Assembly: GCA_033852035.1 (NCBI GenBank)
Contig: JAWSVG010000003.1
Coordinates: forward strand, 4,091-68,090
DNA from: Desulfocapsaceae bacterium
GTDB lineage: Bacteria; Desulfobacterota; Desulfobulbia; Desulfobulbales; Desulfocapsaceae
Length of the DNA: 64,000 bases
Direction of reading: 5' to 3'
Part shown: positions 30,913-39,942 of the stretch, piece by piece
Numbering within the stretch: position 1 is the first letter of the stretch
Layout: each line of letters begins with the position of its first letter
Program-made: the position numbers and the translations under genes
The notes under the pieces: model-generated
Database searches by the model: none
The model's input: only the letters and a program-made list of their open reading frames with translations
What the model was told of the DNA's origin: nothing

Positions 30913-31013
30913 ATAATATTGCAACATAGCAAACGGGAAGGGAACCCTTCCCTGACTGCGGGATCATAGCCCTCATCTGCAATTTTGTGATAAATACTTC
31001 AAGGACACTTCCT

Positions 31014-32678
31014 ATGGAAAAATTACAACGCCACCAAGAAGAGTGGGAAAGCACGACACTTAAAAAGGTAGTTGATAAAACTCCCGCAGCCCAGGCCGAA
31101 TTTAAGACAGAAAGCGGTATCCCCGTAAAAGAACTTTATACGCCATTAGATCTCAACGACAGTGACTATTGTGACGAGTTAAGCTTCCCTGGAGAATATC
31201 CCTATACAAGAGGCGTCTATCCGACCATGTATCGCGGCCGAAAATGGACCATGCGCAACTATGCTGGTTTTGGCTCGGCAGAAGACACCAACAAGAGATA
31301 TCGCTACCTGCTCGATCAGGGCATGATAGGCCTCTCAATGGCCTTTGACCTTCCAACTCAACTTGGTTATGACTCAGATGCTCCGGAAAGTGAGGGATCT
31401 GTCGGACGCGTGGGGGTTGCCGTTGATTCTTTAGAAGACATGGAGATTATTTTCAAAGGGATTCCTCTAGATAAAGTATCCACCTCCATGACCATCAACG
31501 CTACGGCCCCGGTCCTTCTCGCACTGTACATTGCAGTAGCTGAAAAGCAGGGGGTGTCCCGCGACAAGCTCATGGGCACCACCCAGAACGATATTCTCAA
31601 AGAGTTCATCGCCCGTGGCACATACATCTTCCCGCCCGAACCAAGTATCAAGCTTGCCCTTGATATCGTCGAGTTCTGCGCAAAAGAAGTACCGAAATGG
31701 AATACCATGAACATCGCAGGGTACCATTTCAGAGAGGCTGGTGCCACTGCCATCCAGGAGCTCGCGTTTACCATCGGTGATGCCATCACCTATATAGAAA
31801 AGGCTATCGAACGAGGACTGGATGTTGATTACTTCGCACCAAGGCTCTCATACAGCCTGGGCTGCTACATGGATCTTTTTGAGGAAATTGGCAAGTACCG
31901 CGCAGCACGCAGGCTTTTTGCGAAAATCATGAAAAACCGCTTCAACGCTAAAAATCCAAAGAGTTATCTCTTTAGGATTTTTAGTGGGTCATGTGGCTCA
32001 ACTCTCATGCTGCAGCAGCCTGTCAACAATATTGTCCGCGTCACCATGCACGCCCTGATGGGCATTTTAGGTGGACACCAGGCAATCCACACCGCCTGCT
32101 GGGATGAGGGTTACGCCATTCCATCTGAAGATTCTGCACGTGTGGCGCTGCGAACACAGCAGATCCTCGCTCACGAATGCGGTCTCTGCAATACCATCGA
32201 TCCCCTTGGTGGTTCGTACTATGTGGAATCACTGACCACCGAGATTGAAAACCGGACCATGGAGTACCTCGACAAGCTTGACGAAATGGGAGGTATGATT
32301 GGAGCTATTGAAAACGGTTTTGCTTATCAGGAACTGCAAAAATCGAGTGTGGAATTCCAGAAAAAAGTTGATTCAGGTGAGCGGGTAATTGTTGGTCTCA
32401 ACAAATACGTTATGGAAGAAGAACCTCCCACTGATGATATTTTTGAAGTTGATAACCAGATGGAAATTACACAAAAGGAAAAACTCGCAGCACTGAGAAA
32501 ACGAAGGGACAATGGTAAAGTCAATGAAGCTCTTGAAAATCTCAATACAGCGATTGAGAGTGGCGAGAACCTTATGCCGCAGCTCATAGATGCTGTTAAA
32601 GCCTACGCAACCATCGGTGAGATTTGCAAGGTTATGCGACAACAGTTTGGTGAGTACAAATCCCCTACTCTCATCTAA
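31014..32678 (+). CDS. B12-dependent acyl-CoA mutase, substrate-binding (large) subunit, non-canonical active site
   Basis: YPTMY..WTMRNYAGF, FDLPTQ.GYDSD, SMTIN, QNDILKE, GYHFREAG and DPLGGSYYVE. RBS AAGGA precedes ATG 31014. Confidence 0.93.
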   Translation: MEKLQRHQEEWESTTLKKVVDKTPAAQAEFKTESGIPVKELYTPLDLNDSDYCDELSFPGEYPYTRGVYPTMYRGRKWTMRNYAGFGSAEDTNKRYRYLLDQGMIGLSMAFDLPTQLGYDSDAPESEGSVGRVGVAVDSLEDMEIIFKGIPLDKVSTSMTINATAPVLLALYIAVAEKQGVSRDKLMGTTQNDILKEFIARGTYIFPPEPSIKLALDIVEFCAKEVPKWNTMNIAGYHFREAGATAIQELAFTIGDAITYIEKAIERGLDVDYFAPRLSYSLGCYMDLFEEIGKYRAARRLFAKIMKNRFNAKNPKSYLFRIFSGSCGSTLMLQQPVNNIVRVTMHALMGILGGHQAIHTACWDEGYAIPSEDSARVALRTQQILAHECGLCNTIDPLGGSYYVESLTTEIENRTMEYLDKLDEMGGMIGAIENGFAYQELQKSSVEFQKKVDSGERVIVGLNKYVMEEEPPTDDIFEVDNQMEITQKEKLAALRKRRDNGKVNEALENLNTAIESGENLMPQLIDAVKAYATIGEICKVMRQQFGEYKSPTLI

Positions 32679-32801
32679 CCAGCAAGAACTGAGCATGTAG
32701 CCAAGCTGGTCACCGGGTTACCTCAGCCACAACTAACAATGAAGATCCAATGGTCGGTATTCAACCTTCCGTTATGATCTCCGGTCAAAAAGGTCACGAT
32801 C

Positions 32802-33191
32802 ATGGCAGACAATAAAAAACGGGTGTTGATCGCAAAAATCGGCCTTGACGGTCATGACAGGGGAGCAAAAGTCGTTGCCAGAGCACTCAGGGACGCAGGT
32901 ATCGAGGTCATCTACACGGGCATCCGTCAGACGGTTGAGGACATTATTGCCATGATCGTTGGCAATGATGTGAATGTCCTGGGCTTAAGTTTTCTTGCAG
33001 GTGACCACATGACAATGGTTCCAAAGATTAAGGAAGAACTGCAAAAGACACAGACACCGGACATCCCGCTTATTGTGGGCGGTATTATATTACATCAGCA
33101 AATTCCAGAATTGCTTGCGATGGGGGTTGAGAAAGTTTTTCTCAGCGGCACCCCCATGGAAGAAATTGTTGCGTTTATAGAAAAACTCTAA
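32802..33191 (+). CDS. Acyl-CoA mutase cobalamin-binding (small) subunit
   Basis: KIGLDGHDRGAK (DxHxxG), GLSFLAG and GGII motifs. Confidence 0.93.
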   Translation: MADNKKRVLIAKIGLDGHDRGAKVVARALRDAGIEVIYTGIRQTVEDIIAMIVGNDVNVLGLSFLAGDHMTMVPKIKEELQKTQTPDIPLIVGGIILHQQIPELLAMGVEKVFLSGTPMEEIVAFIEKL

Positions 33192-33364
33192 CAGACAGAC
33201 CACAGTAGGGAGCCATGATGCTTTGCCAGGCAGAGAGAAACCTCTGCGCCAAAGTTTCTTTGATATAGCTACACCAGGCTACTCGACGACAGGCTGTGAC
33301 CATTTTTTGCGGTTTCATATTTAATTTTATTTTTAATTAAAACAATGTAGCAAAGGAGAAGCAA

Positions 33365-34303
33365 ATGATTATCGACGTTCACAGGCATTTAATCGTTAAA
33401 GGAACAGTACAGGGTCACTACATTCGCGGTGCCCAGAAGAGTTTTGTGATGATGTACAACAAGACCCACAAAACCAATTACAGCCCCCGCGAGTTCACCG
33501 ATGAGGTTATTCGCCCATGGATTGACCCCACCGCAGACAATATCATCGAAGAGATGGATGCTGCAGGAGTCGATAAGACGGTAATCTTCCCCGTCGACTA
33601 CGGCCTGCTCTTTGGTGAGGCTCCAATCCATGCCTTTGACCAAAACACGCTCTACAACAAAGTAGCCCAAAGACACCCGGATCGGTTGATTCCTTTTATG
33701 GCGATCGATCCACGTCGCCCCGGTGCACTCCAGCACTGCGAAAAAATGTACCACGAAATGGGAGCAAAAGGCTTCAAACTGCACGCAGGAGTTGGCTACA
33801 TGCCAGACGATCCATGCTGTTACTGGGTGTATGAAAAAGCTTCTGAATGGGGAATACCCATCATGTGTCATACCGGTGGCGCACCAAACTCTGTGCCGGC
33901 TCTTCGCTGGGAAAATTCACGCCCTGCGTATTTTGCATCAGCTGCGGCACGTTTTCCTGATGCTGACTTTATCCTTGCCCACTGCGGTGACATCGGCTGG
34001 TGGCAGGAAGCTATCCAGGCTGCAGTCTGGCTGCCAAACGTCCATGTTGATCTTTCCCTCTGGCAAAAACCATACAAGAAGTGGCCAAAGCAGCGCTTCT
34101 ATGAGTGGCTCAGAGACATCATCGATCTCGCAGGTGCCGACAAAATCATGTTCGCAACAGACGCCCTCTACCCCAACCTCTTCTGTCCACTCAAAGAGTG
34201 GGTCCAGGCGTTTAAGAACAGAGAAACCGACATTGAGTTCACCGAGGAAGAAATTGACATGATTCTGGGAGGTACAGCGCAGAAGGTACTTGGGCTCGAA
34301 TAA
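33365..34303 (+). CDS. Amidohydrolase_2 family protein
   Basis: MIIDVHRH, GFKLH, PIMCHTG, LAHCG, VDLS and MFATD motifs. Confidence 0.88.
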   Translation: MIIDVHRHLIVKGTVQGHYIRGAQKSFVMMYNKTHKTNYSPREFTDEVIRPWIDPTADNIIEEMDAAGVDKTVIFPVDYGLLFGEAPIHAFDQNTLYNKVAQRHPDRLIPFMAIDPRRPGALQHCEKMYHEMGAKGFKLHAGVGYMPDDPCCYWVYEKASEWGIPIMCHTGGAPNSVPALRWENSRPAYFASAAARFPDADFILAHCGDIGWWQEAIQAAVWLPNVHVDLSLWQKPYKKWPKQRFYEWLRDIIDLAGADKIMFATDALYPNLFCPLKEWVQAFKNRETDIEFTEEEIDMILGGTAQKVLGLE

Positions 34304-34461
34304 ATAATAGACTGTATCCAAAATGCATTAGAAACCTTCGATAGTGCGCCAAATCTGTGCAAGCAGCCTTGAGACACCATAGCTCAGCCGATTCGCCCCA
34401 GTCTGATCGTATAGAGTTGACGTGCTAGCGAAGCTTCCCACAACATTGCAAGGAGAAAAAT

Positions 34462-35157
34462 ATGCCAGATATTTTAGATATAATAACCAGCCGTAAAAGC
34501 ATCCGGCGCTACAAGTGGGACCCAATTCCCACGGAGATGATCGAAAAAGTCCTCGAGGCTGCAAGATGGGCACCCACTGGTGAAAACTACCAACCATGGC
34601 GCTTCATCGTCATTCAGGACCAGAAAACCCGAGACGCCATTGGCGATCTGTCAAAACTTGGTAGCGGTAAGCGTATGACCGCCTGGTACTGTATGGGCCA
34701 TATGCAGAAGCGCTTTGAGAAGATTGAGGACCTGAAAAAACGCCAGGAAGTCCTGCGCTTCATGTACTCAGGAGAAGTCTCCGAGTTCTGCAAACAGGCC
34801 CCAGTCATCATCGCAGTCATTGGTGATCTGAAAGTGGGCTCGGTTGACGTTCCCTATGATCTCTGTGCTGCTACTGAAAACATCCTGCTCGAAGCACATT
34901 CTCTTGGCCTTGGCGCCTGCTGGGTACACGGCCCCGTTGCTGCCACCCGTGATGCAACCAAGTTCAAGGAGATTCTCGGCATCCCCACCGGTATGAACGA
35001 GTACAAGGTTATCTGCTATATCGCCATCGGCTGGCCAAAAGAGCAGCGCAAACACCCTCGTCCCAAGTACGATCTTGACGAGCTTGTCTATTGGGAGATG
35101 TTTGGTGAAAAAGAGAGTGTTTACAAAGAGAATCTTGGTAACAGGGAGAAAGCCTAA
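34462..35157 (+). CDS. Nitroreductase-superfamily flavoprotein with a central insertion
   Basis: SRKSIRRY, ARWAPTGENYQPWRF and ENILLEAHSLGLGACW. Confidence 0.88.
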   Translation: MPDILDIITSRKSIRRYKWDPIPTEMIEKVLEAARWAPTGENYQPWRFIVIQDQKTRDAIGDLSKLGSGKRMTAWYCMGHMQKRFEKIEDLKKRQEVLRFMYSGEVSEFCKQAPVIIAVIGDLKVGSVDVPYDLCAATENILLEAHSLGLGACWVHGPVAATRDATKFKEILGIPTGMNEYKVICYIAIGWPKEQRKHPRPKYDLDELVYWEMFGEKESVYKENLGNREKA

Positions 35158-35681
35158 TGGATCATATCGCCTACTTTAACGATTTACTCGCAAGAACCGA
35201 AGAGCTCTTTTACCACGAACTCTCCGACTGTGCCGCGTGGAAGACCGAATATATTGGTATCGACTTTATTCAGGCAAAGGATATTCAGGGATCAACGCCT
35301 GCGGAAGTCATCGAAAACTCTATTAAGGTGATCACCGAAGCCGGTTTTATTAAAGGTGCCTCCTATGCAATCCGGGGTAACGATATCTTCCTGAACATGA
35401 AGATCAAGAAGTGTATCCATCTACCAAAAGAAGCAAAACTTATGGCTGGAGGCATTAAGCCATACAACTGTCCCATCATCAATATGGTACTGGATCAGCT
35501 TATCGAAAAGGTGGCATTTACGACCACCTATGTAGCCGACCTTCAGGTGGATCAGGACAACAATGAATGCACCATCAAAAGCGCTATCTATGCAACACCA
35601 GACAAGATTGGTGATGTCAGCGACTGGAATGAAGAGTGTCGCCTCATCGATGAAAACAACGAATGGATTCATGTAGAATAA
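35157..35681 (+). CDS. Hypothetical protein, possibly V4R/H-NOX-like with Cys/His metal ligands
   Basis: Translationally coupled (TAATG) to the nitroreductase; CIH, CP and C motifs spaced as in V4R-type zinc sites. Confidence 0.7.
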   Translation: MDHIAYFNDLLARTEELFYHELSDCAAWKTEYIGIDFIQAKDIQGSTPAEVIENSIKVITEAGFIKGASYAIRGNDIFLNMKIKKCIHLPKEAKLMAGGIKPYNCPIINMVLDQLIEKVAFTTTYVADLQVDQDNNECTIKSAIYATPDKIGDVSDWNEECRLIDENNEWIHVE

Positions 35682-35703
35682 TTTCACAGGGGAGATTTGA
35701 GTA

Positions 35704-37506
35704 ATGGCCATCCCATTTTTTGATAAACGCAACATGCAATTTGTACTCAACGAGCTGCTGGATGCTGAGCAGTTGACAAAGTATGAGTATTACCAGGAAC
35801 ATTCGCTGGAAACGTATAATGCCATTATCGAAGTAGCCGAGGAAATTGCCACGGAACATTTCCATCCTCACAACGCCGAGTTGGATAAAAATGAGCCGGT
35901 ACTGGTGGATGGCCGTGTACAAATCATGCCTGAGGTAAAAGAGGCCATCGACCATTTTGCTGAAGCAGGATTTTTTGCTGGACACCACAGTGAGGAGGTT
36001 GGTGGTATTCAACTCCCCTGGGTTGTCAATCAGGCTTGCTTTTCCATCTTCCAGGCAGCAAATATCGCAACCGTTGCCTATCCCTTTCTCACCATCGCTG
36101 CAGCCAATGTTATTGAGGCCTTTGCCTCTGATGAGCTTAAGGCCAAATACCTCGAACCAATGCTCGACGGCCGCTGCTTCGGAACCATGGCCCTCACTGA
36201 GCCGCAGGCGGGTTCATCGCTTACCGATCTTACCACTACAGCTGTAAAAACAGATGAAGGACATTACCTGATCAAGGGTAACAAGATGTTTATCTCCGGT
36301 GGTGAACATGAACTCTCTGAAAACATCGTCCACCTCGTTCTGGCGAGGATCAAGGGAGCACCGGCGGGAGTTAAAGGGATTTCCCTTTTTCTTGTACCTC
36401 GCTACCACGTTGGTGACGATGGTAGTATGGGCGAGCATAACGATGTGGCGATTTCAGGTTTATTGCATAAAATGGGGTACCGTGGAACCACATCCACCGC
36501 CCTCAATTTTGGTGAAAACAATAAGTGCGTCGGCTATCTCGTAGGGGAAGAGAACAAGGGACTTGCCTGCATGTTCCACATGATGAACGAGGCGCGTATC
36601 GGTGTTGGAATGGGCGCGGCAATGCTCGGTTACGCCGGATATCTCTACTCACTTGACTACGCGAGAAATCGACCACAGGGCCGCATGCCAAGCAACAAGG
36701 CCCCAGAGGTAAAGCAGGTGTTCCTCACCGAACATGCCGATGTAAGGCGTATGCTCCTGCAACAAAAGGTGTATGTGGAAGGCGCTTACGCCCTTGGCCT
36801 TTATACCGCCTGGCTTGTTGATCAGGAAAAATGTTCGCCGGAGCAACAGGTCCGAAAAGACAGCGGCCTGCTGCTCGATATCCTCACACCCGTAATTAAA
36901 TCATGGCCGTCCGAATACTGCCTTGAGGCTAACTATCAGGCAATTCAGATCCTTGGAGGCTACGGCTACACCAGAGAATATCCAGTTGAGCAGTATTACC
37001 GCGACAACAGGCTCAACCCGATCCACGAAGGAACCAACGGCATTCAGGGAATCGATCTTCTCGGCCGTAAAGTTACTATGTTCGACTGTGGTGCTTTTAA
37101 AATTTTAGCGCAGGAAATAGAGAAAACCGTAGCGCAGGCAAGCGAAGACATTGTGCTTGCAAAATGGGCAAGAGAACTCTCCGAGGCCCTACAGACTATT
37201 CAGCAGACGACCTCATCACTCCAGAACGTTCTGAAAGAGCAAGGGCTGGAAGCCTATCTGGCGAACGCCTCGAATTACCTGGATATGTTTGGTCACATGG
37301 TCATCGGCTGGACATGGCTGCGCCAGGCACTTGTTGCCAGTAAAAATATGGATGGTGCCTCAGAGTCTGATATGAATTTCTACAAAGGCAAGATCCAGGC
37401 ATGTAAATACTTTTTCGCACGTGAACTGCCTAAAGTTGTGTACCAGAGCAAGATCCTGATGGATATGGAATCATCCTGCCTTGATATGAAGGATGAATGG
37501 TTTTGA
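35704..37506 (+). CDS. Acyl-CoA dehydrogenase (about 600-aa type)
   Basis: MALTEPQAGSSL, GNKMFISGG, HKMGYRG, QILGGYGY and IHEGTNGIQ. Confidence 0.93.
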   Translation: MAIPFFDKRNMQFVLNELLDAEQLTKYEYYQEHSLETYNAIIEVAEEIATEHFHPHNAELDKNEPVLVDGRVQIMPEVKEAIDHFAEAGFFAGHHSEEVGGIQLPWVVNQACFSIFQAANIATVAYPFLTIAAANVIEAFASDELKAKYLEPMLDGRCFGTMALTEPQAGSSLTDLTTTAVKTDEGHYLIKGNKMFISGGEHELSENIVHLVLARIKGAPAGVKGISLFLVPRYHVGDDGSMGEHNDVAISGLLHKMGYRGTTSTALNFGENNKCVGYLVGEENKGLACMFHMMNEARIGVGMGAAMLGYAGYLYSLDYARNRPQGRMPSNKAPEVKQVFLTEHADVRRMLLQQKVYVEGAYALGLYTAWLVDQEKCSPEQQVRKDSGLLLDILTPVIKSWPSEYCLEANYQAIQILGGYGYTREYPVEQYYRDNRLNPIHEGTNGIQGIDLLGRKVTMFDCGAFKILAQEIEKTVAQASEDIVLAKWARELSEALQTIQQTTSSLQNVLKEQGLEAYLANASNYLDMFGHMVIGWTWLRQALVASKNMDGASESDMNFYKGKIQACKYFFARELPKVVYQSKILMDMESSCLDMKDEWF

Positions 37507-37585
37507 TCAGGGCTCCATCTTGGTTCACATGTTTGCCTGATCAACATGAAATAAGTGGTAAATCTAAAATTTTCAGGAGAAGATA

Positions 37586-38380
37586 ATGCTTTCCATAGAT
37601 AATTCTGTTGCTGTCATCACCGGCGGAAGCGGGGGTATCGGTAAATCCCTTGCCGAATACTGGTTGAAAAATGACGGCAAGGTGGTTATTGCCGATATTC
37701 AGGAAGAGGCGCTGGAAACAGCACTTTTTGAGTTGAAAAGAATCAGCCCCAACGTTAGTACCTTTCTCTGTAATGTGACTTCAGAGGAAGACTGCTCAAA
37801 ACTTGCCCTCCACGCCTTAGAAACCTTCGGTGCAATCAACCTTGTGGCACCATTTGCTGGCATTACCGGAGACGGATTAATGCTGAAAGTGGACCGTGAG
37901 ACCGGCAAGGTAACCAAAAAGATGGATATAGAGCTTTTCAAAAAAGTGGTCGACATCAACCTCACCGGCGTCTTTTTAACGGTTCGCGAATGTGTCGAGC
38001 AGATGATAAACCATGGCTGCAAAGGTCTTGTGTGCCTTGTATCTTCCACGGGCTCACTTGGAACTGCAGGCCAGATCAGTTATGCCTCGACAAAAGCGGC
38101 GATGTCTATTTTCCCTAAGGTGCTCACCGCGGAATTCTTCAGACAAGGGGTCTCGGATCGGATCCGTTGTATGGCGGTGGCCCCAGGTTACGTGGGAACA
38201 CCCATGGTTACCCAGATGAGCGACAAGGTTCTTGAAAAAATTGTCGCGCAGGTTCCCATAGACAGGCTCATTGACCCCGATGAGGTCAGCGCCCTTGTAG
38301 GAGAACTTTATAAGAATGAGGCCTTAGCCGGTGAAACGGTATTTATCCATGGTGGCCTGCGTCTTGGTTCAAAAGGCTAA
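37586..38380 (+). CDS. Short-chain dehydrogenase (3-oxoacyl reductase-like)
   Basis: TGGSGGIG, AGITGD and YASTK motifs. Confidence 0.88.
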   Translation: MLSIDNSVAVITGGSGGIGKSLAEYWLKNDGKVVIADIQEEALETALFELKRISPNVSTFLCNVTSEEDCSKLALHALETFGAINLVAPFAGITGDGLMLKVDRETGKVTKKMDIELFKKVVDINLTGVFLTVRECVEQMINHGCKGLVCLVSSTGSLGTAGQISYASTKAAMSIFPKVLTAEFFRQGVSDRIRCMAVAPGYVGTPMVTQMSDKVLEKIVAQVPIDRLIDPDEVSALVGELYKNEALAGETVFIHGGLRLGSKG

Positions 38381-38878
38381 AGTAGATGTGCAATATTTCA
38401 AAACGTTTGCAAAAGGCACCCGTGCAAGGCTACCAAAGACCGGATTGCCCCGTAAAAATTTGGCCGCTGAAACTGCTGGAGAGTTGAGACCACATAGAAA
38501 ACGCGCCTGCTGTCGGGGCTGTGATAATGCATTTGGATATTCTTTGACCAACGCTCTCAACTTGTCGATATTGTCAGTGTGTATCTCTTCATTTACCCTT
38601 TTCTTCACTCTGGCAGGAGAGTCGCCAAGGCATATGCCACAATGTCCGCATTTGTCCAACGTTTCACCAAAATATTGAAGAAGATAGCCCGTTAAGCAAC
38701 CATCATGTTGTGCGTAGTCGAGCATGTTTTGAATCCTGCGAATCTCCATCTGCTCATGCTCAAGAAATGTCGTCTGTAGATGAGTACAGACTTCCTGACG
38801 ATTCACGTTATCATTAAGTCTTCTGAATCGCTGTCTGTACCCACCCATTTGAAGTTCAATAAAACCCTTATTCTCAAC
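38369..38878 (-). pseudogene. recQ: 3' remnant of a RecQ-family helicase (Zn-binding and C-terminal region only)
   Basis: RIQNMLDYA..GCLTGYLLQYFGE..CGHCGIC RecQ Zn-domain pattern. The helicase motifs are absent and the frame closes near 38880. Confidence 0.8.
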
Positions 38879-38945
38879 GCGCGATCTTCAGATGTTATTC
38901 AAATATCTTGCTACGCATAAAGTTGGTGTATTAATCTAAGGCCAG

Positions 38946-38967
38946 CCGGTGATTTAGAACATTCGCT
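38946..38967 (+). mobile_element. Probable degenerate right half of an upstream attC, with the cassette core (A)TTCGCT
   Basis: TTCGCT at 38962-38967 is the exact complement of AGCGAA in the downstream attC R'' box. The preceding CCGGTGAT-TTAGAAC resembles an L'-spacer. Confidence 0.55.
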
Positions 38968-38981
38968 GTAAAAATGAATAA

Positions 38982-39009
38982 TTGACAAAGTTAACGTTCG
39001 TGTTAACAT
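38982..39009 (+). promoter_or_regulatory. Sigma70-type promoter of the toxin-antitoxin pair with an overlapping GTTAAC-N6-GTTAAC operator
   Basis: TTGACA at 38982, a 16-nt spacer and an extended -10 TGtTAACAT; two GTTAAC boxes at 38990 and 39002. Confidence 0.7.
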
Positions 39010-39015
39010 GTAAAT

Positions 39016-39369
39016 GTGAGAGAAATACAATTTTATGAAACTGAGACAGGCAAATTTCCAGTAATTGATTTCCTGGAAGATTTGTCTCCAAAAGACGCAC
39101 AAAAAGCGGCTTGGGTTCTCAACCTTATAGAAGAATTACCAACTATTCCGTCAAAGTTCTTTAAAAAGTTGGTTAACACTGAAGACCTCTGGGAGGTTAG
39201 GATTGCAAGCGGGAACAATATTTATCGAATCTTAGGCTTTTTTGATGGTGAAAGGCTCATTGTTTTGAATCATACTTTTCAAAAAAAGACTCAGAAAACA
39301 CTTAAACAGGCTATTAAACTGGCAGAGCAACGAAAGAAACAATATTTAAAGAGAGGAAATGTAAAATGA
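39016..39369 (+). CDS. Type II toxin, RelE/ParE (Gp49/HigB-like) family
   Basis: [23 protein letters not shown] and [10 protein letters not shown] motifs. Confidence 0.9.
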   Translation: MREIQFYETETGKFPVIDFLEDLSPKDAQKAAWVLNLIEELPTIPSKFFKKLVNTEDLWEVRIASGNNIYRILGFFDGERLIVLNHTFQKKTQKTLKQAIKLAEQRKKQYLKRGNVK

Positions 39370-39641
39370 AGAATTTACAAACATATATTTCCGAAAGAAA
39401 AGCTCGTGACCCTAAATTTGCAGAGGGTTTTGATGCAGGGTATCAAGAATTCAAAATTGGCGTAGTTCTTAAAATGGCAAGGAAAGAGGCAGGTCTCACA
39501 CAAGAGCAGCTTGCCAAAAAACTCAACACTAAAAAAACTGCAATCTCTCGAATTGAAAACCACGCTGAGGATATAAAACTGTCAACTTTAGAAAGGTTTG
39601 CTCAAGCTTTAGGTAAAAAACTCACAATAAACGTAACATAA
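39366..39641 (+). CDS. XRE-family HTH antitoxin (HigA-like)
   Basis: [22 protein letters not shown]; ATGA overlap with the toxin gene. Confidence 0.9.
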   Translation: MKNLQTYISERKARDPKFAEGFDAGYQEFKIGVVLKMARKEAGLTQEQLAKKLNTKKTAISRIENHAEDIKLSTLERFAQALGKKLTINVT

Positions 39642-39647
39642 ATTATC

Positions 39648-39778
39648 AGCGAACCAAACGTTTAAGTCTGACAAAAAACCTAGCAGTCAATCGGCATATC
39701 CAAGTGATCATCTATGCTTAGTGCAGTCAATAAGCCAAAGCTTTCCTTGGTTTTTTGCAGCTTAACTCCACGTTAATG
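39648..39778 (+). mobile_element. Integron attC recombination site (about 131 bp)
   Basis: R'' AGCGAAC, 5 nt, L'' GTTTAAGT-CTGACAAAAAACC ... GGTTTTTTGCA-GCTTAAC L', 5 nt, R' GTTAATG. The arms pair with three unpaired bases. Confidence 0.8.
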
Positions 39779-39942
39779 TGTAAAAGGAGCACACGTTGAA
39801 CTTCGACACGTGAATGTATTCAGAAGGCCTATCTAAATCATCAGTGCTAATAAATGAGAGCAGAGTCACTTGATCCGGACGCTGCTCACCCAAAATTAAA
39901 AGTCCAAAGAACTACTATACACCTCAAGCCTAAGGAAATTGC

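Noticed and set aside
30920-31013. Cobalamin riboswitch upstream of the mutase (also looked for upstream of 16508)
   Set aside because: Only an isolated GGGAAGGG hairpin is present; the conserved B12-box elements are not recognisable. An Infernal search would settle it.
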